Shown here: piece after piece, positions 37,297 to 47,098 of the stretch
Layout: the number at the start of each line of letters is the position of its first letter
Position numbering within the stretch: position 1 is the stretch's first letter
The notes under the pieces: model-generated
Told to the model about the DNA's origin: nothing
Seen by the model: only the letters and a program-made list of their open reading frames with translations
The model's database searches: none
Assembly: GCA_015478725.1 (NCBI GenBank)
Contig: JADMIG010000001.1
Location: 348,748-412,747, forward strand
DNA: 64,000 bases
Reading direction: 5' to 3'
DNA from: Chloroflexota bacterium
Lineage (GTDB): Bacteria > Chloroflexota > Limnocylindria > Limnocylindrales > CSP1-4
Program-made: the position numbers and the translations under genes

Positions 37297-39413
37297 TGCC
37301 GTCCGCCTTCGACCATGTCGCCGGGTACCCGCTCGTCTTCCCGCTCTTCTACGGGGCGCTCGCCGGGTTCGCCCTCGTCATGGCCCGCCACCTCCGGATC
37401 TTCGCCGTGGCCCGGCCGGTGCGGCCGTTCGCGGCCGTCCCGCGGCGGATCGGCGGGCTCGTCCAGTACGCCTTCGCCCAGCGGAAGATGTTCAAGGATC
37501 CACGGGCGGCGGTCATGCATGCCGGGATCTTCTGGGGCTTCGTGCTGCTCACGATCGGGACGACGAACATCGTCACCGGCGGGATCGTCGAGGCGATCCT
37601 CCGAGCGCCGTTCGGCGGTGCGCTCTGGACCGCGCTGACGCTCCTCCAGAACGTCGTCGCCGTGGTCGTCCTGGGTTCGATCGCCTGGGCCTTCGAACGG
37701 CGGCTCATCGCGCGGCCCGCGCGCCTCACCTACACGCGCGATGCGCTCGTCATCCTCGCCATGATCGGCGGCGTCGTGGCGACCGAGCTCCTCGCCCAGG
37801 CGGCCGAGTCGGCGCGCTTCGGCGACATCGCGGGCGCGCTCGTCGCGAATGCCGTGGGCTCGCCATTCCGGTTCCTCGATCCGGGCATCCTCGAGGTGGG
37901 GTTCCTCGCCTTCTGGTGGGCCCACGTCCTCCTCGTCGCCGCGTTCCTCGTCTACCTCCCCTTCAGCAAGCACCTCCACATCGTCACGAGCTTCCCGAAC
38001 ATCTACTTCCGCAAGCTCGCTCCGCGGGGCGAGCTGCCGGCCATGGATCTCGAGGCGGCGGACGCGACGTTCGGCCTGCGGACCCTCCAGGATCTCGGCT
38101 GGAAGGACCTCCTCGACGGGTTCACGTGCACCGAATGCGGGCGCTGCACCCAGGCCTGCCCGGCGAATTTCACCGGCAAGCCGCTCGACCCGAAGGCGTT
38201 CATCATGGGCATCCGGGAGATGTCCGTGGAGGCCGAGCACGGCCTCAACCTCATCCCGAACAACCCGGCGGTCCGCGAGGCCTATGGCCTCGACGATCGC
38301 CTCGCGCCCACGGCCCTCGGGCAGCCGATCGTCGACACCGCGATCCCGTATGACGCGGTGTGGGACTGCGTGACGTGCGGCGCCTGCGTCGAGGCGTGCC
38401 CGGTCCTCATCGAGCACGTCGACAAGATCGTCGGTCTGCGCCGCAACCTCGTCCTCGAGGAGAGCCGCTTTCCGAGCGAGCTCACGGCGGCCTTCCGCAA
38501 CATGGAGGTCGCCGGCAACCCGTGGGGCCAGTCGCGAGCGGCCCGACTCGACTGGGCCGCCGACCTTCCGTTCGACGTCCCGACCGTCGCCGAGGTCGCC
38601 GCAGACGGTCGGCTCGATGACCTCGAGGTGCTCTACTGGGTGGGCTGCGCCGCGGCCTTCGACGAGCGGAACCGGCGGGTCGCCCGGGCGTTCGCGACCT
38701 GCCTGGACGCCGCCGGCGTCCGGTTCGCGGTCCTCGGACAGGAGGAATCGTGCACCGGCGATCCGGCCCGTCGGATGGGCAACGAATACGTCTACCAGCT
38801 CCTCGCCACGGCGAACGTGGCGACGCTCGAACGGTATGCGATGGGGAAGCGGACGATCGTCACCGCCTGTCCGCACTGCTTCAACACGATCGGCAACGAA
38901 TACGGCCAGTTCGGTGGTCGCTATCGGGTCGTCCATCACAGCCAGTACCTCGCCGAACTCCTCGCCAGCGGACGGCTCCGGACCTGGGCCGCGGACGGGA
39001 CGGCACGGTCCGTGACGTACCACGATTCGTGCTACCTCGTCCGCTACAACGGCGTCGCCGCCTCGCCCCGTGACGTCCTCGGCGCCGTGCCGGGGATCGA
39101 GCTGCGGGAGATGGAGCGCAGCGGTCGGGACACATTCTGCTGCGGGGCGGGCGGGGGTCGGATGTGGATGGAGGAGACGCGCGGGACGCGGATCAACGCG
39201 GAGCGGACGCGCCAGGCGCTCGCGACGGGCGCAGGGACGCTCGCGACGGGCTGTCCGTTCTGCATGACGATGCTCAAGGATGGGCTCGCCGATGCGGGCC
39301 ACGGTCCGGGCACGAGCGAGCCGATCGCCTCGGCCGACATCGCCGAACTCCTCGCCGCAAGCCTCGCCCCGACGGGTCAGGGCGGCGGCCGTCAGCTGCC
39401 CGTCATCCAGTGA
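37296..39413 (+). CDS. membrane-anchored (Fe-S)-binding oxidoreductase, EtfD/heterodisulfide-reductase-like (4Fe-4S ferredoxin + CCG domains)
   Basis: N-terminal multi-TM domain, two CxxCxxCxxxCP ferredoxin motifs (CTECGRCTQACP, CVTCGACVEACP) and two CCG-type Cys-rich motifs (CTGDP, CGAGGG). AAGGAG RBS. Adjacent to ACAD and etfBA. Confidence 0.75.
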   Translation: MPSAFDHVAGYPLVFPLFYGALAGFALVMARHLRIFAVARPVRPFAAVPRRIGGLVQYAFAQRKMFKDPRAAVMHAGIFWGFVLLTIGTTNIVTGGIVEAILRAPFGGALWTALTLLQNVVAVVVLGSIAWAFERRLIARPARLTYTRDALVILAMIGGVVATELLAQAAESARFGDIAGALVANAVGSPFRFLDPGILEVGFLAFWWAHVLLVAAFLVYLPFSKHLHIVTSFPNIYFRKLAPRGELPAMDLEAADATFGLRTLQDLGWKDLLDGFTCTECGRCTQACPANFTGKPLDPKAFIMGIREMSVEAEHGLNLIPNNPAVREAYGLDDRLAPTALGQPIVDTAIPYDAVWDCVTCGACVEACPVLIEHVDKIVGLRRNLVLEESRFPSELTAAFRNMEVAGNPWGQSRAARLDWAADLPFDVPTVAEVAADGRLDDLEVLYWVGCAAAFDERNRRVARAFATCLDAAGVRFAVLGQEESCTGDPARRMGNEYVYQLLATANVATLERYAMGKRTIVTACPHCFNTIGNEYGQFGGRYRVVHHSQYLAELLASGRLRTWAADGTARSVTYHDSCYLVRYNGVAASPRDVLGAVPGIELREMERSGRDTFCCGAGGGRMWMEETRGTRINAERTRQALATGAGTLATGCPFCMTMLKDGLADAGHGPGTSEPIASADIAELLAASLAPTGQGGGRQLPVIQ

Positions 39414-39528
39414 CCGGGCGGCGGATCGGCCGCCGAGCCTCACCGGAACGTCCGGCTCGTCGCGGGTCCCCGAAGGTACCGCCGGTGGCGCGACCGCCCG
39501 GTGCTAGGATGCGGCCGGAGGCCGCCCA

Positions 39529-40701
39529 GTGATCGACGACTCGCCGCCCCGGCCGTACCGCCTCACCGACGAGCACCTCATGCTGCGGGACGCGGTCCGC
39601 CTCCTCGCCGATGAGCGGATCGCCCCGCGCGCCGCGGAGATCGACCGCTCAGCCAGCTTCCCGTGGGACGTCCGGGACCTGCTCGCGAGTCACGACATCC
39701 TCGGTCTCCCGTTTCCGGTCGAGTATGGAGGGGTCGGCGGCGATCTCCTCTCCGTCTGCCTCGCCATCGAGGCGATCGCCCGCGTTTGCGCCACGTCGGC
39801 GCTCATCGTCGCGGTCCAGGAGCTCGGCGCGCTGCCGCTGCTGCTCGCCGCCGACGACGACCAGAAGGCACGCTGGCTCCCCGCCCTCGCCACCGGCGAG
39901 CAGCTCGTGGCGTTCGCCCTGACGGAGGCGGAGGCGGGCTCGGACGCGGCGGCCGCCCGCACACGTGCCGTTCGGGACGGCGCCGACTATGTCATCGACG
40001 GGAGCAAGCGCTTCATCAGCCAGGGCGATATCGCCGATCTCGTCGTGGTGTTCGCCGTCACCGAGCCCGAGGCAGCGCGCCATCGCAACCTGTCGTGCTT
40101 CGTCGTCGAGCACGGGGCGCCGGGCTTCAGCTCGCCACGGGTCGAGCACAAGATGGGGATCCGCGGCTCGACGACCGCCGAGCTCACCTTCGACGGGGTC
40201 AGGGTCGGGTCGGACCACCGGATCGGCGCGGAGGGGGAGGGGTTCTCGATCGCGATGCGGACGCTCGACCGGTCCCGGCCGGCGATCGCCGCCCAGGCGG
40301 TCGGGATCGCCCAGGGCGCGCTCGACGTGGCGGCGCGCTATGCGACCGAGCGCCGTCAGTTCGGCCGCTCGATCGGCGAGTTCCAGCTCGTGGCCGGGAT
40401 GCTCGCCGACATGGACGCTGCGACGGAATCGGCCCGCCAGCTCCTCTACGCGGCGTGCGCGGCGATCGACGATGGCGCGCCGGACGCCGCCCGCTGGTCC
40501 GCGATGTGTAAACTCGTGGCCGGGGACGCCGCGATGCGGGTGACCACGGACGCGGTCCAGGTCCTCGGCGGCTACGGCTACACGGACGAGTTCCCCGTCG
40601 AACGCATGATGCGCGACGCGAAGATCACCCAGATCTACGAGGGCACGCAGCAGATCCAGCGGCTCGTCGTGGCACGCTCCCTGCTCGGGAGGCGCGACTG
40701 A
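39529..40701 (+). CDS. acyl-CoA dehydrogenase
   Basis: ACAD motifs (FALTEAEAGSDAAA, YEGTQQIQRLVVAR). 390 aa. Confidence 0.85.
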   Translation: MIDDSPPRPYRLTDEHLMLRDAVRLLADERIAPRAAEIDRSASFPWDVRDLLASHDILGLPFPVEYGGVGGDLLSVCLAIEAIARVCATSALIVAVQELGALPLLLAADDDQKARWLPALATGEQLVAFALTEAEAGSDAAAARTRAVRDGADYVIDGSKRFISQGDIADLVVVFAVTEPEAARHRNLSCFVVEHGAPGFSSPRVEHKMGIRGSTTAELTFDGVRVGSDHRIGAEGEGFSIAMRTLDRSRPAIAAQAVGIAQGALDVAARYATERRQFGRSIGEFQLVAGMLADMDAATESARQLLYAACAAIDDGAPDAARWSAMCKLVAGDAAMRVTTDAVQVLGGYGYTDEFPVERMMRDAKITQIYEGTQQIQRLVVARSLLGRRD

Positions 40702-40749
40702 CGACGATCCGGCGGAGCCCGTCCGCCCATACAGGAGGACCGCTCAGCG

Positions 40750-41535
40750 GTGCACATCGTCGTCCTCACCAAGCCCGTCCCGGACACGACCGGACAGGAG
40801 CGCCTCGGGCCGGATGGCCGGCTCGACCGGGCGGCCGTCCCAACCGTCGTCAACGCGAACGACGAGTACGCCCTCGAGGCGGCCCTACGCCTCGTCGAGG
40901 GGCACCCCGATGGCGGCGAGGTGACCCTCCTCGCGATGGCCCCGCCGGACGCACCGGAGACGCTCCGCAAGGCGCTCGCGATGGGGGCGACGCGCGGCAT
41001 CCTCGTGACCGACCCGGTCCTCGCCGGGTCGTGTGTCCGGTCCACCGTGACGATCCTCAGCGCTGCGCTCCGGACGCTGACCTACGACCTCATCCTCGCC
41101 GGTGCGGACACGTCGGACGGCGGCGGCGGCGTGGTCGCCGCCGGGGTGGCCACCCGGCTCGGCCTGCCGTACCTCTCATACGCGGCGGGGCTCGAGGTCC
41201 ACGACGGGCGGGTCCACGTCCGGCGGATCTCGCCGCTCGGCTACGACGTCCTCGAGGCGCCGCTCCCGGCCCTCGTCGTCGCGACCCAGGCGCTCGGCGA
41301 GCCGCGATACCCGTCGCTCAAGGGGATCATGGGCGCACGAACCAAGGAGATCGCCGTCCGATCGCTCGCCGACCTCGGCATCGACCCGGCCGCGGTCGGC
41401 GGCGCGGCCTCCACGACGGCCATCGTCACAACGCGAACGCCGCCGGCGCGCGGCGCGACGCGGGTCGTGCGCGGCCCCGCCGCGGAGGTCGCGCGGGAGG
41501 TCGTCGACTTCCTCGTCGCGCGGAGGATCGTCTGA
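40750..41535 (+). CDS. etfB: electron transfer flavoprotein beta subunit
   Basis: HIVVLTKPVPDT...NANDEYALEAALRL is the EtfB signature. Confidence 0.85.
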   Translation: MHIVVLTKPVPDTTGQERLGPDGRLDRAAVPTVVNANDEYALEAALRLVEGHPDGGEVTLLAMAPPDAPETLRKALAMGATRGILVTDPVLAGSCVRSTVTILSAALRTLTYDLILAGADTSDGGGGVVAAGVATRLGLPYLSYAAGLEVHDGRVHVRRISPLGYDVLEAPLPALVVATQALGEPRYPSLKGIMGARTKEIAVRSLADLGIDPAAVGGAASTTAIVTTRTPPARGATRVVRGPAAEVAREVVDFLVARRIV

Positions 41536-42512
41536 TGGCGGGCGCGATCTGGGTCGTCGGCGAGGCGGCGGCGGACGGCCTCGCCCGGATCTCCGCCGAG
41601 GTCGCCACGCTCGGCCGCGCGCTCGGCGCCGCCGCCGGTCGGGACGTCGTCGGGATCGTCGCCGGCGTCACCCCGGGTGCAGCGGCCGCCGGCCTCGCCG
41701 CGTACCTCCCGCGGGTCCTCGAGGTGGAGGTGCCCGCAGCCGCCGCGACGACCGCAGTCGCCGCCAGCGCACCGGCGATCGCGGCCCTCGCCGCGCGCGA
41801 CGATCCCGCCTGGATCCTCCTTGGCGCCTCGCCGGACGGTCGCGATCTGGCGGGGACCCTCGCGGTCCTGCTCGATCGGGGGGTCCTCGTGAACGCCTCG
41901 GCGGTCTCGTGGGACGGGCACGGCCCGCTCGTCGAGGCGAGCGTCTTCGGCGGCCGGCTCATCGTCTCGAGCGGCTTCACCGGCGACCGTGGCATCGTCA
42001 CCGTCCGGCCGAACAGCGTGGTCGCCGAGGCGGCGGCAAGCGCCGGCATCGTCGAGAAGACCATCGCCCCGGCGACGGCATCGCTCCCGGAGGTAACGGT
42101 CGTCGAGCGGGTCCAGGCGAGCGCCTCGGCGGTCTCCATCGACGAGGCGCGGATCGTCGTCTCGGGCGGGCGCGGCGTCGGGGGACCGGACGGGTTCCGC
42201 GTCGTGGAGGACCTCGCGGCCGCCCTCGGCGGCGTGGTCGGGGCGACCCGTGCGGCGGTCGACGCCGGCTGGATCCCGTACAGCCAGCAGATCGGACAGA
42301 CCGGCAAGATCGTGAAGCCGGAGCTCTACCTCGCGCTTGGGATCTCGGGTGCGATCCAGCACAAGGTCGGGATGCAGACGGCCGCCACGATCGTCGCGGT
42401 CAATCGCGACCCCGACGCGCCGATCGCGGAGTTCGCCGACCTTGTCGTCATCGGCGACCTGTTCGAGATCGCCCCGGCCATCGCCCGCGAAGTCCGCGCC
42501 CGGTCGAGCTGA
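41535..42512 (+). CDS. etfA: electron transfer flavoprotein alpha subunit
   Basis: C-terminal FAD-binding signature (VSGGRGVG...PELYLALGISGAIQHKVGM). Confidence 0.85.
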   Translation: MAGAIWVVGEAAADGLARISAEVATLGRALGAAAGRDVVGIVAGVTPGAAAAGLAAYLPRVLEVEVPAAAATTAVAASAPAIAALAARDDPAWILLGASPDGRDLAGTLAVLLDRGVLVNASAVSWDGHGPLVEASVFGGRLIVSSGFTGDRGIVTVRPNSVVAEAAASAGIVEKTIAPATASLPEVTVVERVQASASAVSIDEARIVVSGGRGVGGPDGFRVVEDLAAALGGVVGATRAAVDAGWIPYSQQIGQTGKIVKPELYLALGISGAIQHKVGMQTAATIVAVNRDPDAPIAEFADLVVIGDLFEIAPAIAREVRARSS

Positions 42513-42531
42513 CGGGCCCCCGGGGAGCAGC

Positions 42532-43098
42532 GTGCCGATCGCGGTCGTCATCCCGCTCGTCGCGTTCGTCGCCCTCGCCGTCGTCTTCGTCGCCGTCCTG
42601 CGCCGAACGGGGACACTGCTCGCCGCTGCCCGGCGCGACGCGGCGTTCCAGGGCGCGGTGGCGGAGTTCGCCGTCCGGATCGACGGTGCCATCGGCGCCG
42701 TCGTGGCTCGGGTCGACGGCGTGCGACGGCACCAGGTCGATGCCGGGAACATCGCCGGCGACCTGGGCTCGGTCCGCGAGATCCTCGAGCGCGAGATCGA
42801 GGCCGCGCGGCGCCTGCCAACGAGCGACGGCCGACCGGACCCGCGCACCGGGCTCGCGACCGAGATCGGGCGGGCCGCGCGGGCGCTCGACATGGTCGCT
42901 CACGGCTGCACGCTCATCGCTGGCGGCCAGGGCCGCAACGGCGAGCTCGAGGCGCAGACATCGATCAAGCGCGGCTATCTCAACCTCATCCACGCTCGTG
43001 AGGCGATCGCCCAGCTGGCGGTCGATGCGACCACCGGTGCGCGACGTTCGCCGACGGACGCTCGGGGCACCTCGGCGACGAGCGATCGCTGGGCCTGA
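42532..43098 (+). CDS. hypothetical membrane-anchored protein (N-terminal TM helix, Ala/Arg-rich)
   Basis: ORF with GTG start and a hydrophobic N-terminus (IAVVIPLVAFVALAVVFVAVL). No recognised motif. Confidence 0.35.
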   Translation: MPIAVVIPLVAFVALAVVFVAVLRRTGTLLAAARRDAAFQGAVAEFAVRIDGAIGAVVARVDGVRRHQVDAGNIAGDLGSVREILEREIEAARRLPTSDGRPDPRTGLATEIGRAARALDMVAHGCTLIAGGQGRNGELEAQTSIKRGYLNLIHAREAIAQLAVDATTGARRSPTDARGTSATSDRWA

Positions 43099-43100
43099 CC

Positions 43101-43146
43101 ACACGATGTAGTGGTATCCTCGAGGGACACCACTATCGGTAGTGGT
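43101..43146 (+). promoter_or_regulatory. two NrdR-box-like palindromes upstream of nrdR (ACACGATGTAGTGGT and ACACCACTATCGGTAGTGGT)
   Basis: Imperfect inverted repeats of the CACTA...TAGTG type resembling the NrdR operator consensus (acaCwAtATaTwGtgt). About 28 nt centre-to-centre, ending 18 nt before the nrdR ATG. Confidence 0.4.
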
Positions 43147-43163
43147 CGGCGACGGGAGCCTCG

Positions 43164-43652
43164 ATGCGCTGTCCACAATGCGGCGAACACGAGACGCGGG
43201 TCGTCGACTCGCGGGATCTGGACGACTCGGCCACGATCCGGCGCCGCCGGGAGTGCTCGACGTGCGCCACGCGATTCACGACGTACGAGCGCATCGAGGC
43301 CGCCCGGCTCGTGGTGATCAAGCGTGACGGGACGCGCCAGGAATTCGACCGCGACAAGCTCGCCGAGGGGCTCGACAAAGCGCTCACCCGGCGGCCGGTC
43401 CCCGAGGGCGCGGCGGACGAGGCGGCGGACGCGATCGAGGCAGAGCTCCGGGCAGCGGGCGTCACCGAGGTGCCGAGCTCACGGATCGGCGCGGCGGCCA
43501 TGGAGAAGCTCCGCGGCATCGACCAGATCGCCTACATCCGGTTCGCGTCGGTCTACCAGAGCTTCGAGGACCTCGAGGACCTCAAGCGCGAGGTGGACAC
43601 CCTGTACGCGACGCGCGGCGTGGCCGGGGTCGTGAGTGGCGAGCGGGCGTGA
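43164..43652 (+). CDS. nrdR: transcriptional repressor NrdR
   Basis: Zn-ribbon [17 protein letters not shown]...[12 protein letters not shown] plus ATP-cone. Confidence 0.9.
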   Translation: MRCPQCGEHETRVVDSRDLDDSATIRRRRECSTCATRFTTYERIEAARLVVIKRDGTRQEFDRDKLAEGLDKALTRRPVPEGAADEAADAIEAELRAAGVTEVPSSRIGAAAMEKLRGIDQIAYIRFASVYQSFEDLEDLKREVDTLYATRGVAGVVSGERA

Positions 43653-44251
43653 GCGTCCTCGCCGACCGCGACATCCGGATCGAGCTCGAGTCGGGCCGCG
43701 TGCGGATCGACCCGTACGATCCCGCCGACCTGCAGCCCTCGTCGGTGGACCTCCACCTCGACCGCAGCTTCCGGGTATTCCGCAACAATCGCTACGCCTT
43801 CATCGACGTCCGTTCGCCGCAACCCGATCTCACGGAGTTGCTGCGGGTCGCGGACGACGAGGCGTTCATCCTCCATCCCGGCGAGTTCGTGCTCGGCCAG
43901 ACCGTCGAATGGGTCGAGCTCCCGGACGATCTCGTCGCGCGTCTCGAGGGCAAGAGCTCGCTCGGGCGGCTCGGCCTCCTCATCCACTCGACCGCCGGCT
44001 ACGTCGATCCGGGCTGGAAGGGAAATCTCACCCTCGAGTTGAGTAACGTCGCGAACCTGCCGATCGCCCTGTACTTCGGGATGCGGATCGGCCAGATCAG
44101 CTTCTTCCGGATGTCGAGCCCGGTGGAGCGACCGTACGGCTCACGCGGCCTGGGCTCGAAGTACCAGGGCCAGTCCGAGCCCACCGCGTCGGCGTACCAC
44201 GAGGACTTCGCCGCCGATCGCCGCCCCTCGGACCCGGTTCGCCGCGACTGA
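43649..44251 (+). CDS. dcd: dCTP deaminase
   Basis: [20 protein letters not shown]...[12 protein letters not shown]...[11 protein letters not shown] are Dcd motifs. Confidence 0.85.
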   Translation: MSVLADRDIRIELESGRVRIDPYDPADLQPSSVDLHLDRSFRVFRNNRYAFIDVRSPQPDLTELLRVADDEAFILHPGEFVLGQTVEWVELPDDLVARLEGKSSLGRLGLLIHSTAGYVDPGWKGNLTLELSNVANLPIALYFGMRIGQISFFRMSSPVERPYGSRGLGSKYQGQSEPTASAYHEDFAADRRPSDPVRRD

Positions 44252-44261
44252 GGGGCGATCG

Positions 44262-45128
44262 ATGGGCATGGCGGACGCGTTTGCCTGGAGCGCGGATCTC
44301 GGCGGCGGGACGAGCGTCGGGCTCATCCGGGCCGGGACATTCCGATCGGACGCGGGTGCCCTCTTCGGTCCGGTCCCGCGACTGCTCTGGGAGCGTCACG
44401 TCGTCGACGAGCTGGACGCCGACCACCGTCTCCTCCAGGCCCTCAACTGCCTCGTGGTGGAGACGCCCTCGGGACGGGTCCTCGTCGAGACCGGGATCGG
44501 CGAGCGGATCGACGAGCGAACGCGGAGGATGCGAGCGTACGAGGGACCGCCGATCCTTGCGGCGCTCCGGTCCGCCTCGATCGACCCGGGATCGATCGAC
44601 CTCGTGGTCATGAGCCATCTCCATTTCGATCACGCGGGCGGGCTCCTCGCGGCGGACGGGGAGCGGGCGTTTCCCCGAGCGAGGATCGTCGCCCAGCGGG
44701 CGGAGTGGGAGATCGCCGCCTCCCCGAACAGCCGGGTCGTCGCGAGCTACGTGCAGCCGGAGCTCGCGCTCGTCCGGGCGTGGGGCGAGGCGGACTGGGC
44801 GGAAGGGGAGCGCGAGCTCCTCCCGGGGGTGTCCGTCGTCCCGACCGGCGGACATTCGGCCGGCCACCAGGCGATCGTCGTCCGCGGTGCCGGTGCCGGC
44901 GCCCGGACGCTGGTCTTCTTCGGCGACCTCGCCATGCGGCCGTGGAGCGCGAACCCGCGCTGGATCACCGCCTTCGACGATTTCCCGCTCGACTCGGTGG
45001 ACGTCAAGGCCCGGCTGTTCGCGGAGGCGGCCGGCGGCGGCTGGCTCGTGGTCCTCTCGCACGAGCGCGACACGCCCGCCGGGCGGCTCGTCGCCGATCG
45101 CGATCGCTACCGGTTCGAGCCGGTCTAG
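44262..45128 (+). CDS. MBL-fold metallo-hydrolase
   Basis: HxHxDH motif (VVMSHLHFDHAGGL) and downstream His ligands. Confidence 0.75.
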   Translation: MGMADAFAWSADLGGGTSVGLIRAGTFRSDAGALFGPVPRLLWERHVVDELDADHRLLQALNCLVVETPSGRVLVETGIGERIDERTRRMRAYEGPPILAALRSASIDPGSIDLVVMSHLHFDHAGGLLAADGERAFPRARIVAQRAEWEIAASPNSRVVASYVQPELALVRAWGEADWAEGERELLPGVSVVPTGGHSAGHQAIVVRGAGAGARTLVFFGDLAMRPWSANPRWITAFDDFPLDSVDVKARLFAEAAGGGWLVVLSHERDTPAGRLVADRDRYRFEPV

Positions 45129-45464
45129 CGGGGATCCCCGGACACGTCGTTGACGAGGATGCCCATCGGATAGAGGCGGCCGGGCCAGATTCCGCCAGAT
45201 GGTCATGAGGCGGGCGCTGGTCTGCACATCGCTGACAGGTGGCCCTCACCCGGGCATCTGGCAGGATCCAGACGCCGGCCCGGCCCGGCCCGGCCCACGC
45301 TCAGGTCTGCCAGCGCCGCGTGGGGAGTCGATGACCGTCGCCCGCGTGGTGGTCGTTTGTCAGGAACGCGTGTGGCGACGTGTCGCGACGTACCACGGCC
45401 GGTCGTCGGATCCGGTGGAAGCCGGCCAGGTCTGCGTTGTCGACAACGTCCGCGGGAATCACGG

Positions 45465-46196
45465 CTATGGCATAGCGCTCCCGGCGGGGACGCCGAGGGG
45501 CGCGGACGGGGGCGCGGATGGCGGGGCGGCGGGCAGGATCGCCTCGACCTCCGCGGCGGCGGACGCCATCGTCATCGGGCCCTGGATGACAGCGCGGATG
45601 ATGCCGTTCGGGTCGACGAAGAACTGGGTCGGCAGGGCGAAGACGCCGTAGCGGTGGAAGATGTCGGCGGAGATGTCGGCCGCGATCGTGTACTGGAGGC
45701 CGTAGCGGGCGGCGTAGGCCGCGACGTCGGCCACACTCGTCTCCTGGACACTGATCGCGACGAGCGCGAGGCCGCGATCGCGGTAGGCGGCATAGGTGTC
45801 GCGGAGGACCGGGGTCTCCGCCTGGCACGGCGGGCACCACGTCGCCCAGAAGTCGATCCACACGCCGCGGCCGCGGAGCGCCGCGAGGCTCAATGGCCGG
45901 CCGGCGAGGTCGGACAAGGTGAACGTCGATCCGTCGGCGCGGGTCACGGTGAAGTCCGGAGCGCGATCGCCCGGTCGCAGGCCCACGGCAGGCGGCGAGC
46001 CGATGAGGTACGGCGTGGCCCGTGGATCGCGGGCCCCGATGGCTCCCGTCGTGCCGAGCGGCGCCGTGACGCCGAGGAGCAGGATGATGGCCACGACGAC
46101 CACGACGAGGCCGGCGGCGAGCTGGCGCGCCCCGAACGGTCCGATGAGCCCGTGGCGCGGCGGGCGGTGCTCGAAGGTCGGGCGCTCGCGGGACAC
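45465..46196 (-). CDS. TlpA/ResA-like thiol:disulfide oxidoreductase (thioredoxin fold, membrane-anchored), Pro-rich C-terminal tail
   Basis: WCPPCQAE active site in a redoxin domain. N-terminal TM helix. GTG start overlaps the ccdA stop (TAGTG). Confidence 0.7.
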   Translation of the reverse strand: MSRERPTFEHRPPRHGLIGPFGARQLAAGLVVVVVAIILLLGVTAPLGTTGAIGARDPRATPYLIGSPPAVGLRPGDRAPDFTVTRADGSTFTLSDLAGRPLSLAALRGRGVWIDFWATWCPPCQAETPVLRDTYAAYRDRGLALVAISVQETSVADVAAYAARYGLQYTIAADISADIFHRYGVFALPTQFFVDPNGIIRAVIQGPMTMASAAAEVEAILPAAPPSAPPSAPLGVPAGSAMP

Positions 46197-47098
46197 TAGA
46201 TCGCCGTGTTGAAGTTGAAGTACCGCGGCAGCAGGGCGAGCCATCCGGCGAGCATCGCGACGCCGATCCCGACGACGAGGAGCCCGCCGACGAGCGAGAC
46301 GATCCGACCGTGCGCGACGAGTGGCCGCAGGAGTCCGGGCGCCCGATCGTAGAGCGCTCCGAGGACGAGGAACGGGATGCCGAGCCCGAGGGTGTAGCCG
46401 ACGAGGAGCGTCGCGCCCGGCCCCGCCGAGCCGGAGGTCGCGGCCATCGTGAGGATCCCGCCGAGGATGATCCCGATGCACGGCGTCCAGCCGATCGCGA
46501 AGATGGCTCCGAGGCCGAAGGAGGCGAGCGCGCCGCCACGGCGGTCCACGAGGCGACCGCCGAGCCGATCGAGACGGGCCGCGCCGGGCTCCCGCCCAAC
46601 CGCGGTCGCCGCGAGGGACAGCGTCCCTGTCGACGTGGCCACGGAGGCCGCCGCTCCGGCGTCGAGGGGTCTCCAGACCCGCTCGAGGAAGCCGATGCGG
46701 ACGATCCCGGCGAGGGACAGACCCATGACGATGAGGACGATCCCGCCGACCTGGCGGAGCTCCGGAAGGATGGCCACGAGCGGCCCGCCCGCATAGGTCG
46801 CGGTGATCCCGAGGAGGGTGAACACGACGCCGAATCCGGCCACGTAGGCGGCCGCGCTCCCGAGGGCCAGCCAGCGCGATGGCGGGACCGACGGGTCGCG
46901 ACCGGCGACGGCCACGGACGTCAGCTGGGCAAGGTACGCCGGTACGAGCGGCAGGACGCACGGCGAGAGGAAGCTGATGAGACCCGCGACGACCGCGACG
47001 CCGAACGAGAGGTCGGTCCCCCCGTCCGGCCCGCTCGCCGCCACACCCGCGGCCGCCTGGATCGCCGCCGACGGCAGCGCCCACAGCGCGGCGATCAT
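46196..47098 (-). CDS. ccdA: cytochrome c biogenesis protein CcdA (DsbD-like transmembrane electron transporter)
   Basis: Two conserved Cys in TM helices (FLSPCVLPLVPAYL, IGWTPCIGIILG); 6 TM. Confidence 0.8.
   Translation of the reverse strand: MIAALWALPSAAIQAAAGVAASGPDGGTDLSFGVAVVAGLISFLSPCVLPLVPAYLAQLTSVAVAGRDPSVPPSRWLALGSAAAYVAGFGVVFTLLGITATYAGGPLVAILPELRQVGGIVLIVMGLSLAGIVRIGFLERVWRPLDAGAAASVATSTGTLSLAATAVGREPGAARLDRLGGRLVDRRGGALASFGLGAIFAIGWTPCIGIILGGILTMAATSGSAGPGATLLVGYTLGLGIPFLVLGALYDRAPGLLRPLVAHGRIVSLVGGLLVVGIGVAMLAGWLALLPRYFNFNTAI

Noticed and set aside
45301-46794. 497-aa minus ORF and 280-aa plus ORF (45357-46199) across the redoxin/ccdA region
   Set aside because: Out-of-frame or antisense relative to the redoxin (WCPPC) and CcdA genes; low-complexity translations.
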